This document shows, piece after piece, positions 1 through 12,854 of a stretch of DNA of 64,000 nt. Position numbers and translations under genes: made by a program. This stretch comes from Octopus vulgaris (taxonomy: Eukaryota). The notes below the pieces were generated by a model. It was not told the origin of the DNA. It ran no database searches and saw nothing but the letters and a program-made list of their open reading frames with translations. Position 1 is the first letter of the stretch, and the number at the start of each line of letters is the position of its first letter. The stretch lies in NCBI GenBank assembly GCA_951406725.2, contig OX597814.1, forward strand, positions 101,246,001 through 101,310,000. Direction: 5' to 3'.

Positions 1-58
1 CGGAACCATGTGTTTCGTAAGCAAGCTACTTACCACACAACCACCTACGCCTACTTAC
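1..58 (-). mobile_element. 5' head of tRNA-derived SINE family A, cut by the window edge
   Basis: The reverse complement matches the head of the full copy at 4402 (GTGGTAAGTAGCTTGCTTAC...CACATGGTTCCG). Confidence 0.75.
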
Positions 59-668
59 CACACAGCCACTCTTACGCATAAAAAAGCACAGTCACTCCTA
101 CGTATAAAAAAAACACAGGTTTTTATCCATTTCAGCGATGAAGTCACCAGGTAATCATTATGATCTGCTAGAAATAACTGCAACATCTTCCACCCCAATA
201 TGAGTTGACGTTTTAAAATGAACATTTGATTATATTATTCTACATAAATTAAACCTCAAAATAGTAGTGGATGATTACATTAGGAACAGTTTGAGCCACA
301 GGGTTGGCTTGAAGTACAACAACATCACCACATAAATTATTTGTTGTTATACGTTCAACAGGAAAAGGTAACTATGATTAGTATTAATAATAAAGATACT
401 GACTGAAATCTATAAGTCCAGTTATATACTCCTCGTTCTAGTATATTTTTAAACTACAATAACAGTTTATGCAGATAAGAAATACAGGCGAGGTATACAC
501 TAAACGGAGTGCGTGGGTAGATCCAGTATATTAACTAGTACATTAGAAGGTTTGGAGATGATGTACAGGTATTATATATTAGAAGAAATAGGGTACTCAG
601 AAATCTGGATGGTTTTATATTTACACATATTTATTAATATGTCACATGTTTTTATAAATCTTATATAT

Positions 669-706
669 ATTAGCGCTTGCGTCCACTCTAGTGGAGTCTT
701 CAGATT
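669..706 (-). ncRNA. degenerate minimal hammerhead-ribozyme-like motif
   Basis: Minus strand reads CTGAAGA-C-TCCACT-AG-AGTGGA-C-GCAA-GCGC-TA. It has an intact CUGANGA, a 6-bp stem II and the palindrome AGCGCT, but GAAA is GCAA and stem I is only about 2 bp. Confidence 0.35.
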
Positions 707-929
707 GAATTTTTTCAGGACTTTGTCTCTTTTTATAGTATTATTGAGTGTGGGGGTGGAGAGAGATAGAAGATAGTACAAGAGGGTGAAGAATGGGGAG
801 AAAATGAGAGAGTGTGTGTGTGTGTGTGCTTTTGTATCTGAAAGATGTGTCAATGAAAAAAGAAGGAAAGGAAGAAGGAAGAGAGAAAGAAGAAAAAAAT
901 GTATTTACTTTTATACAGCCGGTCAGTTC

Positions 930-976
930 TTTCAATACACACATACATACATACAAACATTCGTATTTACGTATGC

Positions 977-1056
<80 letters not shown>

Positions 1057-1063
1057 ATATATG

Positions 1064-1098
<35 letters not shown>

Positions 1099-1820
1099 AT
1101 ACACGCACATTGTTGTTTTTGACTCTTGTTTTACCTGCTGTTTTAGTGCAGACGATCAACTGCTTAGACCACCAAGAGTAAATAAGAAAATGTGAAAGGA
1201 CTCAACAGTATTTGTGCGTCACAAACGATAACCTAACATCTGACTCGTAACAAACAAATCAGACATTTTTAAAGAAGGATAAGCAAAACTTATTTCTTCA
1301 AAGAATACGGCTATTTATTACGATATGTAATTCAAGAATTTAGACAAAGGAAACAAAAATACCACCTGCTTACATCTTAGAAACGTACTAATGCTTCTGT
1401 TATATTATTCAACTCACTTTACTTCAGTGTATTTTTAAGAAGGAAAGCATAGCTATAATTACATCATTTTCTACATAATGACTTATTATATTAACTGCAC
1501 ACAGTTGGGAGAAAAGAACGCAGAGTTACACAGTCTCTGCTAACATAATATATAATACAGTAAGAGCAACCAAATTAAATGTGTTAATTTACAGTCGGGA
1601 CAACAGTAAAAACAACAACATCAATAACAATGACAGCAGCAGCAGCAGCAACAGTTACAACAGCAATAAAAAATAAACCCGGCTACAACAACAGTTACAA
1701 TAATATTAATAAAACATAAAAAAACTAGCTTGACAACACCATAGACAGCAACTAAAACAAAGATGTAAAACACCAATGTGTGTGCATGTGTGTATATATA
1801 TATACATATATATATGTGTA

Positions 1821-1870
<50 letters not shown>

Positions 1871-1944
1871 CATACATATATATATATGTCGTACCATTTA
1901 TCTACTTTTAAACATATATATATATATATATATGTATGTATGCA

Positions 1945-1987
<43 letters not shown>

Positions 1988-2066
1988 ATACGTAAATACG
2001 AATGTATGTATGTATGTATGTATGTATGTATGTATGTATGTATGTATGTATATGTGTGTGTATTGT
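930..2066. repeat. old inverted duplication (arms ~930-1145 and ~1745-2066)
   Basis: CATTCGTATTTACGTATGCG at ~958 recurs reverse-complemented at ~1985-2004. CACATTGTTGTTTTTGACTCTTGTTTTACCTGCTG at ~1106-1140 has a diverged reverse complement at ~1746-1780. Confidence 0.7.
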
Positions 2067-2424
2067 ACAAAGAAAAAGCGACAAATTGAATCGAAGGAAA
2101 CGTAAGACAGAATCTTTACACAAGGGAGTATACCAAAATCCGAATTACGAAGCGCCATATTTTCAAGTTCTTTACTTAATGTAATTTACGTATAGAAACA
2201 CATGTTGAACGAGTGGAAAACTTGTGTGTTTGCTTACAAAACCACCATAAATGTGTATTTCAAGTGCTTCATGTGTGCTTAATGTTTCCAAATGAATGTC
2301 TCTGTGTTTGTTTGGAAACCATTTGTGTATATTTATTTCTATGTTTATATGTATGCATGTGTCATGTGTATGTTTGTATGTGTATTTATGTATGTATCTA
2401 TATATGTAGGCATGCATGTATGTA

Positions 2425-2490
<66 letters not shown>

Positions 2491-3163
2491 TACGTAAACA
2501 TAATATTTCCATCCACCAGGAATATATATATTTTTTTCTTTCGGTTCGATTCCCTTGCGTTGAAATTCAACACTAGAGATTCTTGTACGCATTCCTGTTA
2601 TTTAATTCTACATTATGTTTACTAGTCAACCAAACGAGAATAATAAGATTTTTGAAATATTTTGTGTAATTAACCTCTCGGCGCACATGCAAAAAAAAAA
2701 CGAATACATACATTATTCAATACACACACAAATACACATACACATACATACACACACATAAATATATGTATGTATGCATGTAGCTATTTATTATATTGAT
2801 ATAAATATACGTGAGTCATATGTGTGTATCATGTGTGTGTGTGTGTCTGTATGTATGTGTGTGAGTGTAATATCAACATACGTGTGTGAAAACTTGGAGT
2901 TTCGATTGTAAAAGCACAGTATGCTTTCGTTTTTGAGACAGAAAACAAAGAGAAGCAAAGTAGCTCTGAAATTGCTAACACGCGTAAATGGACGAAGCCT
3001 ATTTGTCCCTGGGTTTAATCAGAAGTCTAAGCATATCATATTATATTCGACACACGCTCGGTGGTTCTTATCTGTGGAATGTAGCCTTATGCGCACATTC
3101 AATTACACACATATACACACACGTATGCAAAAATATACATGTGTTTGTGTGTGTGTGTCTATT

Positions 3164-3204
<41 letters not shown>

Positions 3205-3714
3205 TTGCATGTATGTATGTATATATGAAATAATTAAACTACGACCTGTAGCGCTTTTTCGTATGGAATTGTAAACAGATGTAGAGAATAGGTTTCCTTT
3301 TTTTCCACACATACAGAAATAAATGGAATTGTACAGCCGTTATTTCGATGTAGGTTGACTATTCATTAGAGCACAGCGTCTGACAAATTCCTCTTTCCAA
3401 CGAAGTAAAGCCTTATACAATCCCTGCAAAATGGACTACCTAGTCATTTGTGTCGGATTTGATTAGCGATTTGATTTCCATTCCCTTCGATAAATACATT
3501 TTTGCATATGAGTTGTCAACGAACCCTAAATCATATCAAGGCTTCATCATTTATTTCTCTGTGAATGAAACAAATAAGCTCTATTCAGAATATGCTGTAG
3601 CAATGTACTCAATAGCTGTATTTTAAATAATTCAAGCATTTCTTAGCTTTTTTAATATGAGCTGTCTTGTGCATGAAAACATACATATAAACATACACAG
3701 ACATACACAAAAAC

Positions 3715-3761
<47 letters not shown>

Positions 3762-3820
3762 GTAGAATGAAATAGAATTCGGCATGAAAAGGACCATTTC
3801 ATGGTAAGTTTAAGTAGTAC

Positions 3821-4061
3821 TATATAATTAGGGTTCAGCAACGATTTGCTTCACCACATACCGAAGTTTAGAAATAGCAGTCAAAAAATCTTAGCTATTC
3901 CTTCTACTTTAAAGGGAGTTCCCAGAAAAACCAAACCAAACCAGGTTTTCAGGTGCTTTGGTTTTTCTGGAAACTCCCTTTAAAGTAGAAGGAATACCTA
4001 AGATTTTTTGACTGCTATTTCTAAACTTCGGTATGTGGTGAAGCAAATCGTTGCTGAACCC

Positions 4062-4071
<10 letters not shown>
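3821..4071. repeat. near-perfect fold-back palindrome, ~115-bp arms, ~21-bp spacer
   Basis: 3821-3935 is the reverse complement of 3957-4071 with two visible mismatches. The right arm runs into a (TA)n tract. Confidence 0.95.
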
Positions 4072-4129
<58 letters not shown>

Positions 4130-4401
4130 AATGTATGGTGTTAATGTTTTAAGCGTAAACAGTGCGGGTTTCTTAATAGCATCATCTCTTATAGACTCAG
4201 AGAAATGGGAATTCATTAGATCCGATCCCAGTACATACAAACGTACGCACGTACAAAGAAACACATAGACTCACAAATGCACACATACATGCCAATATAT
4301 TCATACACACATACGTACATTTATACATACATACATAGATACATACATACATACATACATACATACATACATACATACATACATACATACATACGTACAT
4401 A

Positions 4402-4565
4402 GGCGTGGGAGTGGCTGCGTGGTAAGTAGCTTGCTTACAAACCACATGGTTCCGGGTTCAGTCCCACTGCGTGGCAACTTGGCAAAGTGTCTTCTACTAT
4501 AGCCTCGGGCCGACCAAAGCCTTGTGAGTGGATTTGGTAGACGGAAACTGAAAGACGCCACTCGT

Positions 4566-4603
<38 letters not shown>

Positions 4604-4837
4604 ATGTGTGTGTGTGTATCTATGTTTGTGTGTCTGTGTTTGTCTCCCAGTATCGCTTGACAACCGATGCTGGTGTGTTTACGTCCCCGTAACTTAGCGG
4701 TTCGGCATAAGAAACCGATAGAATATGTACTAGGCTTACAAAGAATTAGTCCTGCGGTCGACTAAAGGCGGTGCTCCAGTATGGCCACATTCACATTACT
4801 GAAACAGGTAAAAGAGTAAAGGAGAGAGTAAAGAGTA
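4402..4837 (+). mobile_element. tRNA-derived SINE family A, near full length, with internal (TG)n
   Basis: A-box-like TGGCTGCGTGG, B-box-like GGTTCAGTCC, conserved body (GCCTCGGGCCGACCAAAGCCTTGTGAGTGGATTTGGTAGACGGAAACTG) and an AAAGAGT-type tail. Many homologous copies lie in the window. Confidence 0.85.
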
Positions 4838-5467
4838 TACATACATACATACATACATGATTATATACAGATACACAGAAAGGTATGCACATGAATGCAA
4901 TATATATTTGAGACTGCTTAGAGTATACGTTCTAGAACTCTCTCTATCAGTAAAAGAGTACTGTTTTCACTGTTCTTTTCCTGTATTTTTATTCGTTTTG
5001 TTGCTGCTAGAAACTATAAACAACCACCCACCATCATTACCAGCTGGATATATAGTCCTTGTAAGGAAGTACAGAATTTCAATTATATAGTCAATTAATG
5101 AACACTTAAAAGCTCGAATATCAAAGAGAAATAGGTTTATGAGAACAAAACACTGTATAGCTAACCATGGAAGAAACTAACGTTATTTGACTGTGTATTT
5201 CTCTGGACAGCTAACAAAAAGTCGGGGCTTCTTATCGTCTGTTTGCGTAAACCAATAAACACATAGTCTATCGGTTTGATATGTAGAACAATCTTTATAG
5301 GACGTTCTCTGACTCTTTAATACAATGGAAGTTCTGCTGACTCAGATTTCGGAAAAAATCTGGTAAAATTTCGGATTTCATTCACTGTTCAACTTCTCTC
5401 ACTTTCTGTTTCTTTCCTCTCTCCCTCTCTTTTCTCCCCCCTCTCTCTCTCTCTCTATATATATATA

Positions 5468-5979
5468 TCTATATATATAAAACTGTAGTTGTGTGAGTGT
5501 CTGTCCCCTTCGATTTAGATTCCTAACTACTCCCACATTTTGCGGTGCAGTTTAACCAAATTCGGGTATCTTATAGTCGTGATTCATATCGAGCCAGTCT
5601 GAGTATTAGCGCGCGTCTACGATGAGTCTACGATTTTAAAAATAATTTAACATCATTTTTTATTCCATTTTAATGCATAATTTTTCGTGTGTCGATGGCG
5701 GCGGAGTTGGCGTCCATGGTCACACCTGCACCTGTTTGCTTCTCCCCCTTCTTCCCTCCCTCGTGAAGCTGTGGGGAAGGGAGTGTAAGGAAATCAACGT
5801 CGTAAAGCGTTGTCAAGGAGACCAGCGTTCTTTTAGAACAACGACTTCATGGCTTGAAGACACCAAAACAGAAATGGCTAAGAAAGCCCGAATTGGCATC
5901 TATAAGGGAAGTAACTCTCTAAAAATGCTTATATAGTTATTTCCCTTACAAACCCGAGCAACGCCGGGCGATACTGCTA

Positions 5980-5980
<1 letters not shown>
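5468..5980 (+). mobile_element. non-autonomous Helitron
   Basis: Starts A|TCTATATATATAAA and ends with the hairpin CCCGAGCAACGCCGGG then CTGCTAG|T. Inserted between A and T without a TSD. Same termini as 27986-30498 and 62147-62532. Confidence 0.85.
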
Positions 5981-6027
<47 letters not shown>

Positions 6028-6077
6028 CTCTAACTCTCTCTCTCTCTCTCGCACTCTTCCTCACTTTCTGCCTATCT

Positions 6078-6480
6078 TTCACCTATTCACTTTTACTTGT
6101 TTTATTCAATAGACAGCGGCCATACTAGGGCACCGCCTTGAACAATTTTTAGTTCAACGAATCAACTCCGGTGCTTAATCTTTTTTGCTAAATCCGGTAC
6201 TTATTTTATCGATCACTTTTGCCGAACCGCTAAGTTACAGAGTCGTAAACACACCAACACCGGTTATCAAGTGTGAGGCAAACACACACATACACACACA
6301 AACATACATATATATATATATATATATACATCAAACGGCAGGCTTCTTCCAGTTTCCATCTACCAAATACATACGCAAGGCTTTTGTAGGCCAAGGGCTA
6401 TAGTAGAAGACACCTGCCGAAGATGTCACGTAGTTCGATTGAACCCAGAATCATGTGGTTTGAAAGCAAGCTTCTTGTCA
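6078..6480 (-). mobile_element. SINE family A, diverged copy
   Basis: Reverse-strand homology to 4402-4837 across head, body and tail. Confidence 0.75.
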
Positions 6481-6516
6481 CATACATATCCACACACAGA
6501 CACAGACAGACAGACA

Positions 6517-6552
<36 letters not shown>

Positions 6553-6779
6553 AACTCATACACACTTTACCTCTTTTCTCTTTTCACAGCTGCAGTCATT
6601 GGCTTGCAGCCATGCTATATCACCGCCTTGAAGGTCTTAAGTCAAGCGAATCGATTCAAGTACTTATTCTCTCCGTCTGTTATGTCGCAGGTTCAGTCTT
6701 ATTCCTGGTAGTATTTATGTGGGTAGTGGGTTACTAATTGTAACCTTAGGTATCCACTAGTTTTCAGTAGTTTTTTAAT

Positions 6780-7082
6780 TGCATAGAACTCTCCTTATAA
6801 CCCTTGCTATCCCTAAGAGGCAAATTTTTCTGTAGGAGCTCTACAGGGCGTTCTATTCTAAATCTCCTTCAGTTATTTGTCTATATCTTTGCTTACTGTT
6901 CCCAACGCACCAATTATTATAGGCAGAACCTTTACTGTTCTCATGCTCCAACTTCTTCCTATTTCAAATTTTAAGGGATTGTATATTTTTTCATACTCTT
7001 TTTTTTTAGGATCCTGAAATCAAACGGTCGATCAGCAAGCAACTTCGCATTTCCTTATCTATAATTATTATGTCTGGTCTAT
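6780..7082 (-). mobile_element. degenerate R4/Dong-clade LINE 3' fragment (REL endonuclease C-terminus)
   Basis: Minus-strand translation gives RPDIIIIDK...LKFEIGRSWSMRTVKVLPIIIGALGTV...ARVIRRVL with stops and frameshifts. It parallels the C-terminus of ORF 7439-8989. Confidence 0.75.
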
Positions 7083-7135
7083 CATTATCATCATCAACAT
7101 CATCATCATCATCATCATCGTTATCATCATCATCG

Positions 7136-7242
<107 letters not shown>

Positions 7243-7269
7243 ATTATCATTATTATTATTATTATTATT

Positions 7270-9121
7270 TTTTTTTTCTTCTTTCAAATTTGCTCCCATT
7301 TCTTGCCGAGTGTCTTCCCGACTCCTAGGGCAAAGAAACTCATAGTATACATTGGTAGGCCATTAAACCAAACTCAATAGTTCGTTAATTTTTTTTTTTT
7401 TTTTAAGTTAAATTAAAATACATGAGCAGCAACAGTTCTCACATCGACAATGCTCTTCTCAATACGTGTGATGTACCAGTTAAGACAATATTTTGCACTT
7501 CTTGCAGGGATGGTAAGCCAGGGATCATTCTCATATAATTTTCGGTTCCCTTCTTGATCATTCCTAGTGCTCCTACGATCACTGGTATTGTAACCGCCTT
7601 GAGATGCCACATTTTCTCAATTTCAATGAGTAGGTCTTTATATTTTCTGAGCTTGTCAAACTCTTTCGCTGAGATATTATGATCACAGGGGATGCTCATG
7701 TCGGTCAATAAGCAAACTTTATTGTTTTGGTCTTTCACAACAATATCTGGTTTATTGGCCTTGATAGTTCGGTCTGTATGTACTGGAAAGTCCCACAGAA
7801 TGGTTACATTTTCTCCTTCAGTTACAGCCTCAGGGTGGTGATTATACCACTTGTCGGCAGTTTTGATATTGTAATGCCGACTTATTAGCCAGTGTAGATA
7901 TTGGCCAACTCTGTCATGTCTTAATTTATACTCCACTGGTGCTAAGACTTTACATCCAGAGATTAGGTGGTCCACTGTTTCAATCATGTCGTTGCAGAAT
8001 CGGCATTTTGGGTCTGCTCCATTTTTCATCACATTGGCCTGGTAGTTCCGGGTTAATAGGCTTTGATCTTGAGCAGCCAGGATGAAACCTTCGCTCTCTG
8101 CTTTTAGCCCTGAGCTCCGTAGCCACTGATGGGTTTGCTTCTGGTCAACATCAGCTTGTTTGCTGCGGGTCACATATTTGCCGTGCAGAGGTTTCTCCTC
8201 CCACCTATCAGCCAATTGCTCGTGCGCTTTTTTCGTTGCCATCATTTTCACCTTCTTTGCAACAATAGTTGCCGTACTTCCCTCGGGCTGTTCAGTTTGG
8301 GTATCCTGCACGAGATCAATAGCAAATTTTTTGCTTTCCTTTATAATAGAATGAAGCTTCTTTCGTCTCTCGTGATTTTCCACGAGCTTTAGCATCCACT
8401 CATTCGATATTTCGAGATATTTGGCCAGTCCAATTGTGGTTGTTTTGTAAGCTAGTTCAAATTGGATCAGGCCTCGACCTCCTTGGGCTCTGGGAAGGTA
8501 AAGGCAATCTACGTCTGCCGTTGGGTGGTGCATCCTATTACAACTCAGCAGCTTGCGTATTTTCCTATCTATATTCTTTACTTCACTCATATTCCAGTTC
8601 AACACATTGTAGCTATAAGTAACAACTGGAACTGCTAAGGAATTTATAGCTAACACCTTGTTACGTGCATTTAGTTCAGATTTCAGGGCTGCACGAACTC
8701 TCCTATAACATTCCTTCCTGATCTTCTCTTTCATGCTTGCATGCTGAATACCAGAGCCTTCATTTATCCCTAAATATTTGTATGTTTGTTCTTGCTCAAG
8801 CTCTCTTATGACTGTGTCAACATCTAACACGACTGAGTTTGTGGTCTTCACTTTCCCTTTCTGGAAAGTAGCCTTGGCACACTTCTCAAGTCCAAACTCC
8901 ATCCCGATGTCATCGCTGAATGCTTTCACGGTGCGCAATAGGCCTTCAAGTTCATTATTGTCTTTACCATAAAGTTTTAAGTCATCCATATAAAATAGAT
9001 GGCTTATTTTTTTATTGGCAATTTTATACCCATACCCTGTTCTGTTTAATTCACTTGTAAGGGGTATTAGGGCTATGCAGAATATTAAAGGTGAAAGTGA
9101 GTCACCTTGAAAAATTCCACA

Positions 9122-9123
<2 letters not shown>
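7270..9123 (-). mobile_element. 5'-truncated R4/Dong-clade non-LTR retrotransposon inserted in (TAA)n
   Basis: Contains the RT/REL ORF and a ~170-bp 3' UTR. Both ends abut (ATT)n tracts (7165-7270 and 9123-9215), matching the known TAA-repeat targeting of Dong elements. Confidence 0.9.
7439..9123 (-). CDS. reverse transcriptase C-terminal half + CCHC zinc finger + restriction-like endonuclease (partial ORF, no native start)
   Basis: The frame stays open upstream of the called Met (GIFQGDSLSP...HLFYMDDLKLY). It then has YKYLG, GGRGL, CRFC-x7-HLISGC, RHD, KPDI and E-x-x-K-x-x-KY motifs, with no internal stops. Confidence 0.9.
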
Positions 9124-9193
<70 letters not shown>

Positions 9194-9215
9194 GTTATCG
9201 TTATTGTTATTATTA

Positions 9216-9394
9216 TTTGTCTGCCGTTACGTACAGAGGTCAAATTCCACCGAGGTCGACTTTGCCTTTCATCCTTTCGGGGTCGATAAATTAAGTACCA
9301 ATTACGCACTGGGGTTGATGTAATCGACTCAATCCGTTTGTCTGTCCTTGTTTGTCTCCTCTGTGTTTAGCCCCTTGTGGGTAGTAAAGAAATA

Positions 9395-9395
<1 letters not shown>
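9216..9395 (+). mobile_element. SINE family B, 5'-truncated
   Basis: GAGGTCGACTTTGCCTTTCATCCTTTCGGGGTCGATAAATTAAGTACC...GTAGTAAAGAAATAG is shared with the copies at 44217 and 60172. Confidence 0.8.
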
Positions 9396-9455
<60 letters not shown>

Positions 9456-9719
9456 GCATTCATTGATGGATGATATTTTGTCTCACTCAGAATCTGCAGG
9501 AGTTGCTTAAAGATATTGCAAGCTCTTCTTCTAGTGGTGACTAAATCCATCGCAACTTTGGAAAGCCTTCCGTATTTTCAGCAGGGGTTTCAGGATCAAA
9601 AGAATTTCGTCCCTTAACTTTCATGCTTCAGATGAATGGGGCTGGGTGGCTATGAGGACTGAATTAGCCTTCAGTTACAGAAGGTTTCATATGTGAACAT
9701 TCGCAATCACTCCAAGTTT

Positions 9720-9990
9720 TTTCGTCTGTTATGGCTACCTGTTTTCTGGCGGGTGGGGTTGAAGTTGATCTGGGTCCAAACCAAATTTCTGCAAGAAATA
9801 ATGTACATAACCATGGCAACCGACTTTAATAGGAAATGATGCTGTGTGCCAGCTTTTGACACGAGCCTCATCAAAGAATTCCTAACCATTAGGTTTTCTT
9901 CAATTGATAATAAATGTTAATTCTCTTCACAGCCTCGATGAACTCTTGGATAGCAGGAACATGTCTGCTCAAAGCAGTACGAAAACATAT
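9720..9990 (-). mobile_element. possible highly decayed REL-type LINE endonuclease fragment
   Basis: Minus-strand DEARVKSWHTASFPIKVGCHGYV resembles the W-x5-P-x-EVGCRG motif of REL retrotransposon C-termini. This single motif is the only support. Confidence 0.3.
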
Positions 9991-10874
9991 CCAGACTGCC
10001 GCATCATGCGCTAAGACAACCATGTTTAGGTGTATAATATGAAACCCCTACTAAGCAACGATGTTCACTATTCGAACCACTAACTCTATGAACTGGGCAT
10101 AGTCATCCACACTATTACATATACCCCTTCTGTTTGCCTGAATCGCGAGTGACAACAGACTACTCACTCATAAATACCTAGGTTCTTTTCTCCTAACCAA
10201 AACATAAATAAAATAACAATAATATCTGTTTCTAATTAAAATTACATGAACTAATTTATTGATGAGTATCTGATAAAAAAAAACGTCAACTTAACACAGA
10301 AACTGAAATAAGAATCATGAAACTGCGCAATAACACAGAATATATATTGTCCAATATGGTGGCTTTTTTTATAAAACGTTAACTTTACATTCCATTGCCA
10401 CCGAACGTCATTATCATAAGTATTATCTCCATTGGCACCCATCCATCGTCACCACAATCATAATAATCATCACCATCACTATCATGATCATGCTCACTCT
10501 GAAGTTCATTTTCAGTGTGTGGAACCTTTTGTGTGGTTCAGTAATAACACATCATTCTCTGTATCTTGATATGACGTCAAATTCGTTGTGACACTAATTG
10601 CTACGTCTAGTTCAATTGTGGAGTACATTTCCTATAATAAGTAACTTGCGCTATGAATTTATACATTTTTTTCCTAAGCATGTCGCGTTTATTAATACAT
10701 ACGCATAACCACACACACGCACACGTGCACGCAAGGTCATATGAATATTCAACACTCATACATCGACATTCCAGTTGCTACCTGCTCAAGTCAAAAGTCC
10801 ACATCACTCACCAAAAGGCCCTGTTCCCACGTCATGTCTCACATACACACATATATATAGATATATACATAACT

Positions 10875-11105
10875 GACTCTCCATCGGTTACAACGACGAG
10901 GGTTCCAGTTGAGACGATCAACAGATCAGCTTGCTCGTGAAATTAACGTGCACGTGGCTGAGCACTCCACAGACACGTGTAGCCTTAACATAGTTCTCAG
11001 AGTGTGACAAGGCTGGCTCTTTGAAATACAGTGACTACTCATTTTTGCAAGCTGAAATAAAGTGTCTTGCTCAAGAACACAACGCGTCGCCGGGAATTGT
11101 ATCCA
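10875..11105 (-). mobile_element. tRNA-derived SINE family C, partial
   Basis: Reverse-complement homology to 11315-11560 (GTGTCTGTGGAGTGCTCAGCCAC...CACGTTAATTTCACGAG). Confidence 0.75.
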
Positions 11106-11314
11106 CGACCCACTTGAGATTTAACATCCAGCAGAACGCTGCTCAAAGCAATCGTTTATCACTGCTGATTCTTTACCTTTACACTAAAGTAACTATGAAA
11201 CATAGATTTAAACCTTCACACCAACATATACATTATACATTTGCACACATTTTTTAACTTACATATGTGAATGCATATATACACCTGTAAGTGTGTGTGT
11301 GTGTGTGTGTGTCA

Positions 11315-11560
11315 AGACGCATGTCTTAGTGTTTAGGATGTTCGGCTCACGATTGTAAGGTCGTGAGTTCAATTCCCGGCGACGCGTTGTGTCCTTGAGC
11401 AAGGCACATTATATTACGTTGCTCCACTCAGCTACCAAACTACGTTAAGGCTACAAGTGTCTGTGGAGTGCTCAGCCACTCCCACGTTAATTTCACGAGT
11501 AGGCCGTTCCATTGATTGGCTCAACTTGAAAAGACGTCGTTGTAACTGATGGAGTGTTAG
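11315..11560 (+). mobile_element. tRNA-derived SINE family C
   Basis: tRNA-like head with GAGTTCAATTCC B-box followed by the CORE-like GTTGTGTCCTTGAGCAAG. Confidence 0.75.
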
Positions 11561-11607
11561 TTATGCACATATGTGTGTGTGTGTGGGGGGGGTATTTGAC
11601 ACATAAG

Positions 11608-11880
11608 GAGGAAACATGGCTTATTGATTAATGATCTGCACTTACGATCACGAGATTGTGGTTTCAATTCCTAGACAGGGCGGTACGTGTGAGATTAAGC
11701 AAAACACTTCATTACATGTTGCTCCGCGACCACTTCGACACTGGGTGTGTGGTACACCAGGAACCTGTTCAAGGAAGGTGTAGTTGATGGAGGGCGTGAG
11801 CTAGTGTGCTGTTAATACATTTGATCATTATAAACAATTCATTTGTGAAGCTAGTTCAGGAAGAAATTGCAGAACCGGCA
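11608..11880 (+). mobile_element. tRNA-derived SINE, diverged
   Basis: Head GGAGGAAACATGGCTTATTGATTA...GGTTTCAATTCC followed by GAGCAAAACACTTCAT-like core sequence. Confidence 0.55.
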
Positions 11881-11945
11881 CATACATGTGTGTGTGTATG
11901 TACGTATGTAGATGTATATGTATGTACATATGTATGTATGAATAT

Positions 11946-12005
<60 letters not shown>

Positions 12006-12572
12006 AAATTGAAAGTGTTATAAATGTATTCGACTGAGAAAAATATATTTCACAATTATGCCAGACATGTCAGGCATTTGTATCATATTCAAAGAAATGA
12101 TACATCTACAATTTAGAATAGCAAAACGGACACAAAAATTTAACAGAAGATGCTATTGTAATAACTTACAATAATCTTATACTATAATTCATATGTTCAG
12201 TCGATGACGATCTCAGTAAAAGATGAAAGCAAGGTTTCTTTATTCAAGCAACGTTGCTAAATTTAAATCACAATATACCGCAGATTTCCTTTGTGGAATT
12301 AATATTTGTCTTAATGGGTTACCCATTGTGGAGATTTCTTAAACATTGGAGGCTGTCTCTCCATCTCGTTTGGAGTGCTTGCTAATCGTTAGTTAGCGAT
12401 TTATCTATGTTCCCCTGAAGCCAGAAATTTATCTTATATATAATTTAGTATAGCGTTATTCATCTTCTTGTCCAAATGAATGTCAAATGCATCCATCCGT
12501 CCATCCAAACATTCATACATATGTACGTACATATGAAAGCGCATGTGTTTATATATATATATATGTGTGTGT

Positions 12573-12609
<37 letters not shown>

Positions 12610-12672
12610 ACGTGTGTATCGTTGGCGATTTTTTCCTCCATCTTCCCTTCCTTGGATCTTTCCTTTTCCTAT

Positions 12673-12707
12673 GTTTCTGACGAAGAGCTCCGCTCGAAAC
12701 GTTAAAT
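12673..12707 (+). ncRNA. minimal type-I hammerhead ribozyme motif (Penelope pLTR type)
   Basis: GTTT-CTGACGA-A-GAGC-TCC-GCTC-GAAA-CGTT-AAAT: canonical CUGANGA and GAAA core, 4-bp stem II, palindromic AACGTT stem III, stem I GTTT/AAAT. Confidence 0.75.
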
Positions 12708-12819
12708 CCTCCTTCTTTCTTTCCTTTCCTGAGCGTCCAATAACGTGTTATTGGACGCTCAGGAAAGGAAAGAAGGAGGATTGTTATTGGACGCTCAGAA
12801 AAGGAAAGAAAGAAGGAGG

Positions 12820-12854
12820 ATTTAACGTTTCGAGCGGAGCTCTTCGTCAGAAAC
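12820..12854 (-). ncRNA. minimal type-I hammerhead ribozyme motif (inverted twin of 12673-12707)
   Basis: Exact reverse complement of the motif at 12673-12707. Confidence 0.75.
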
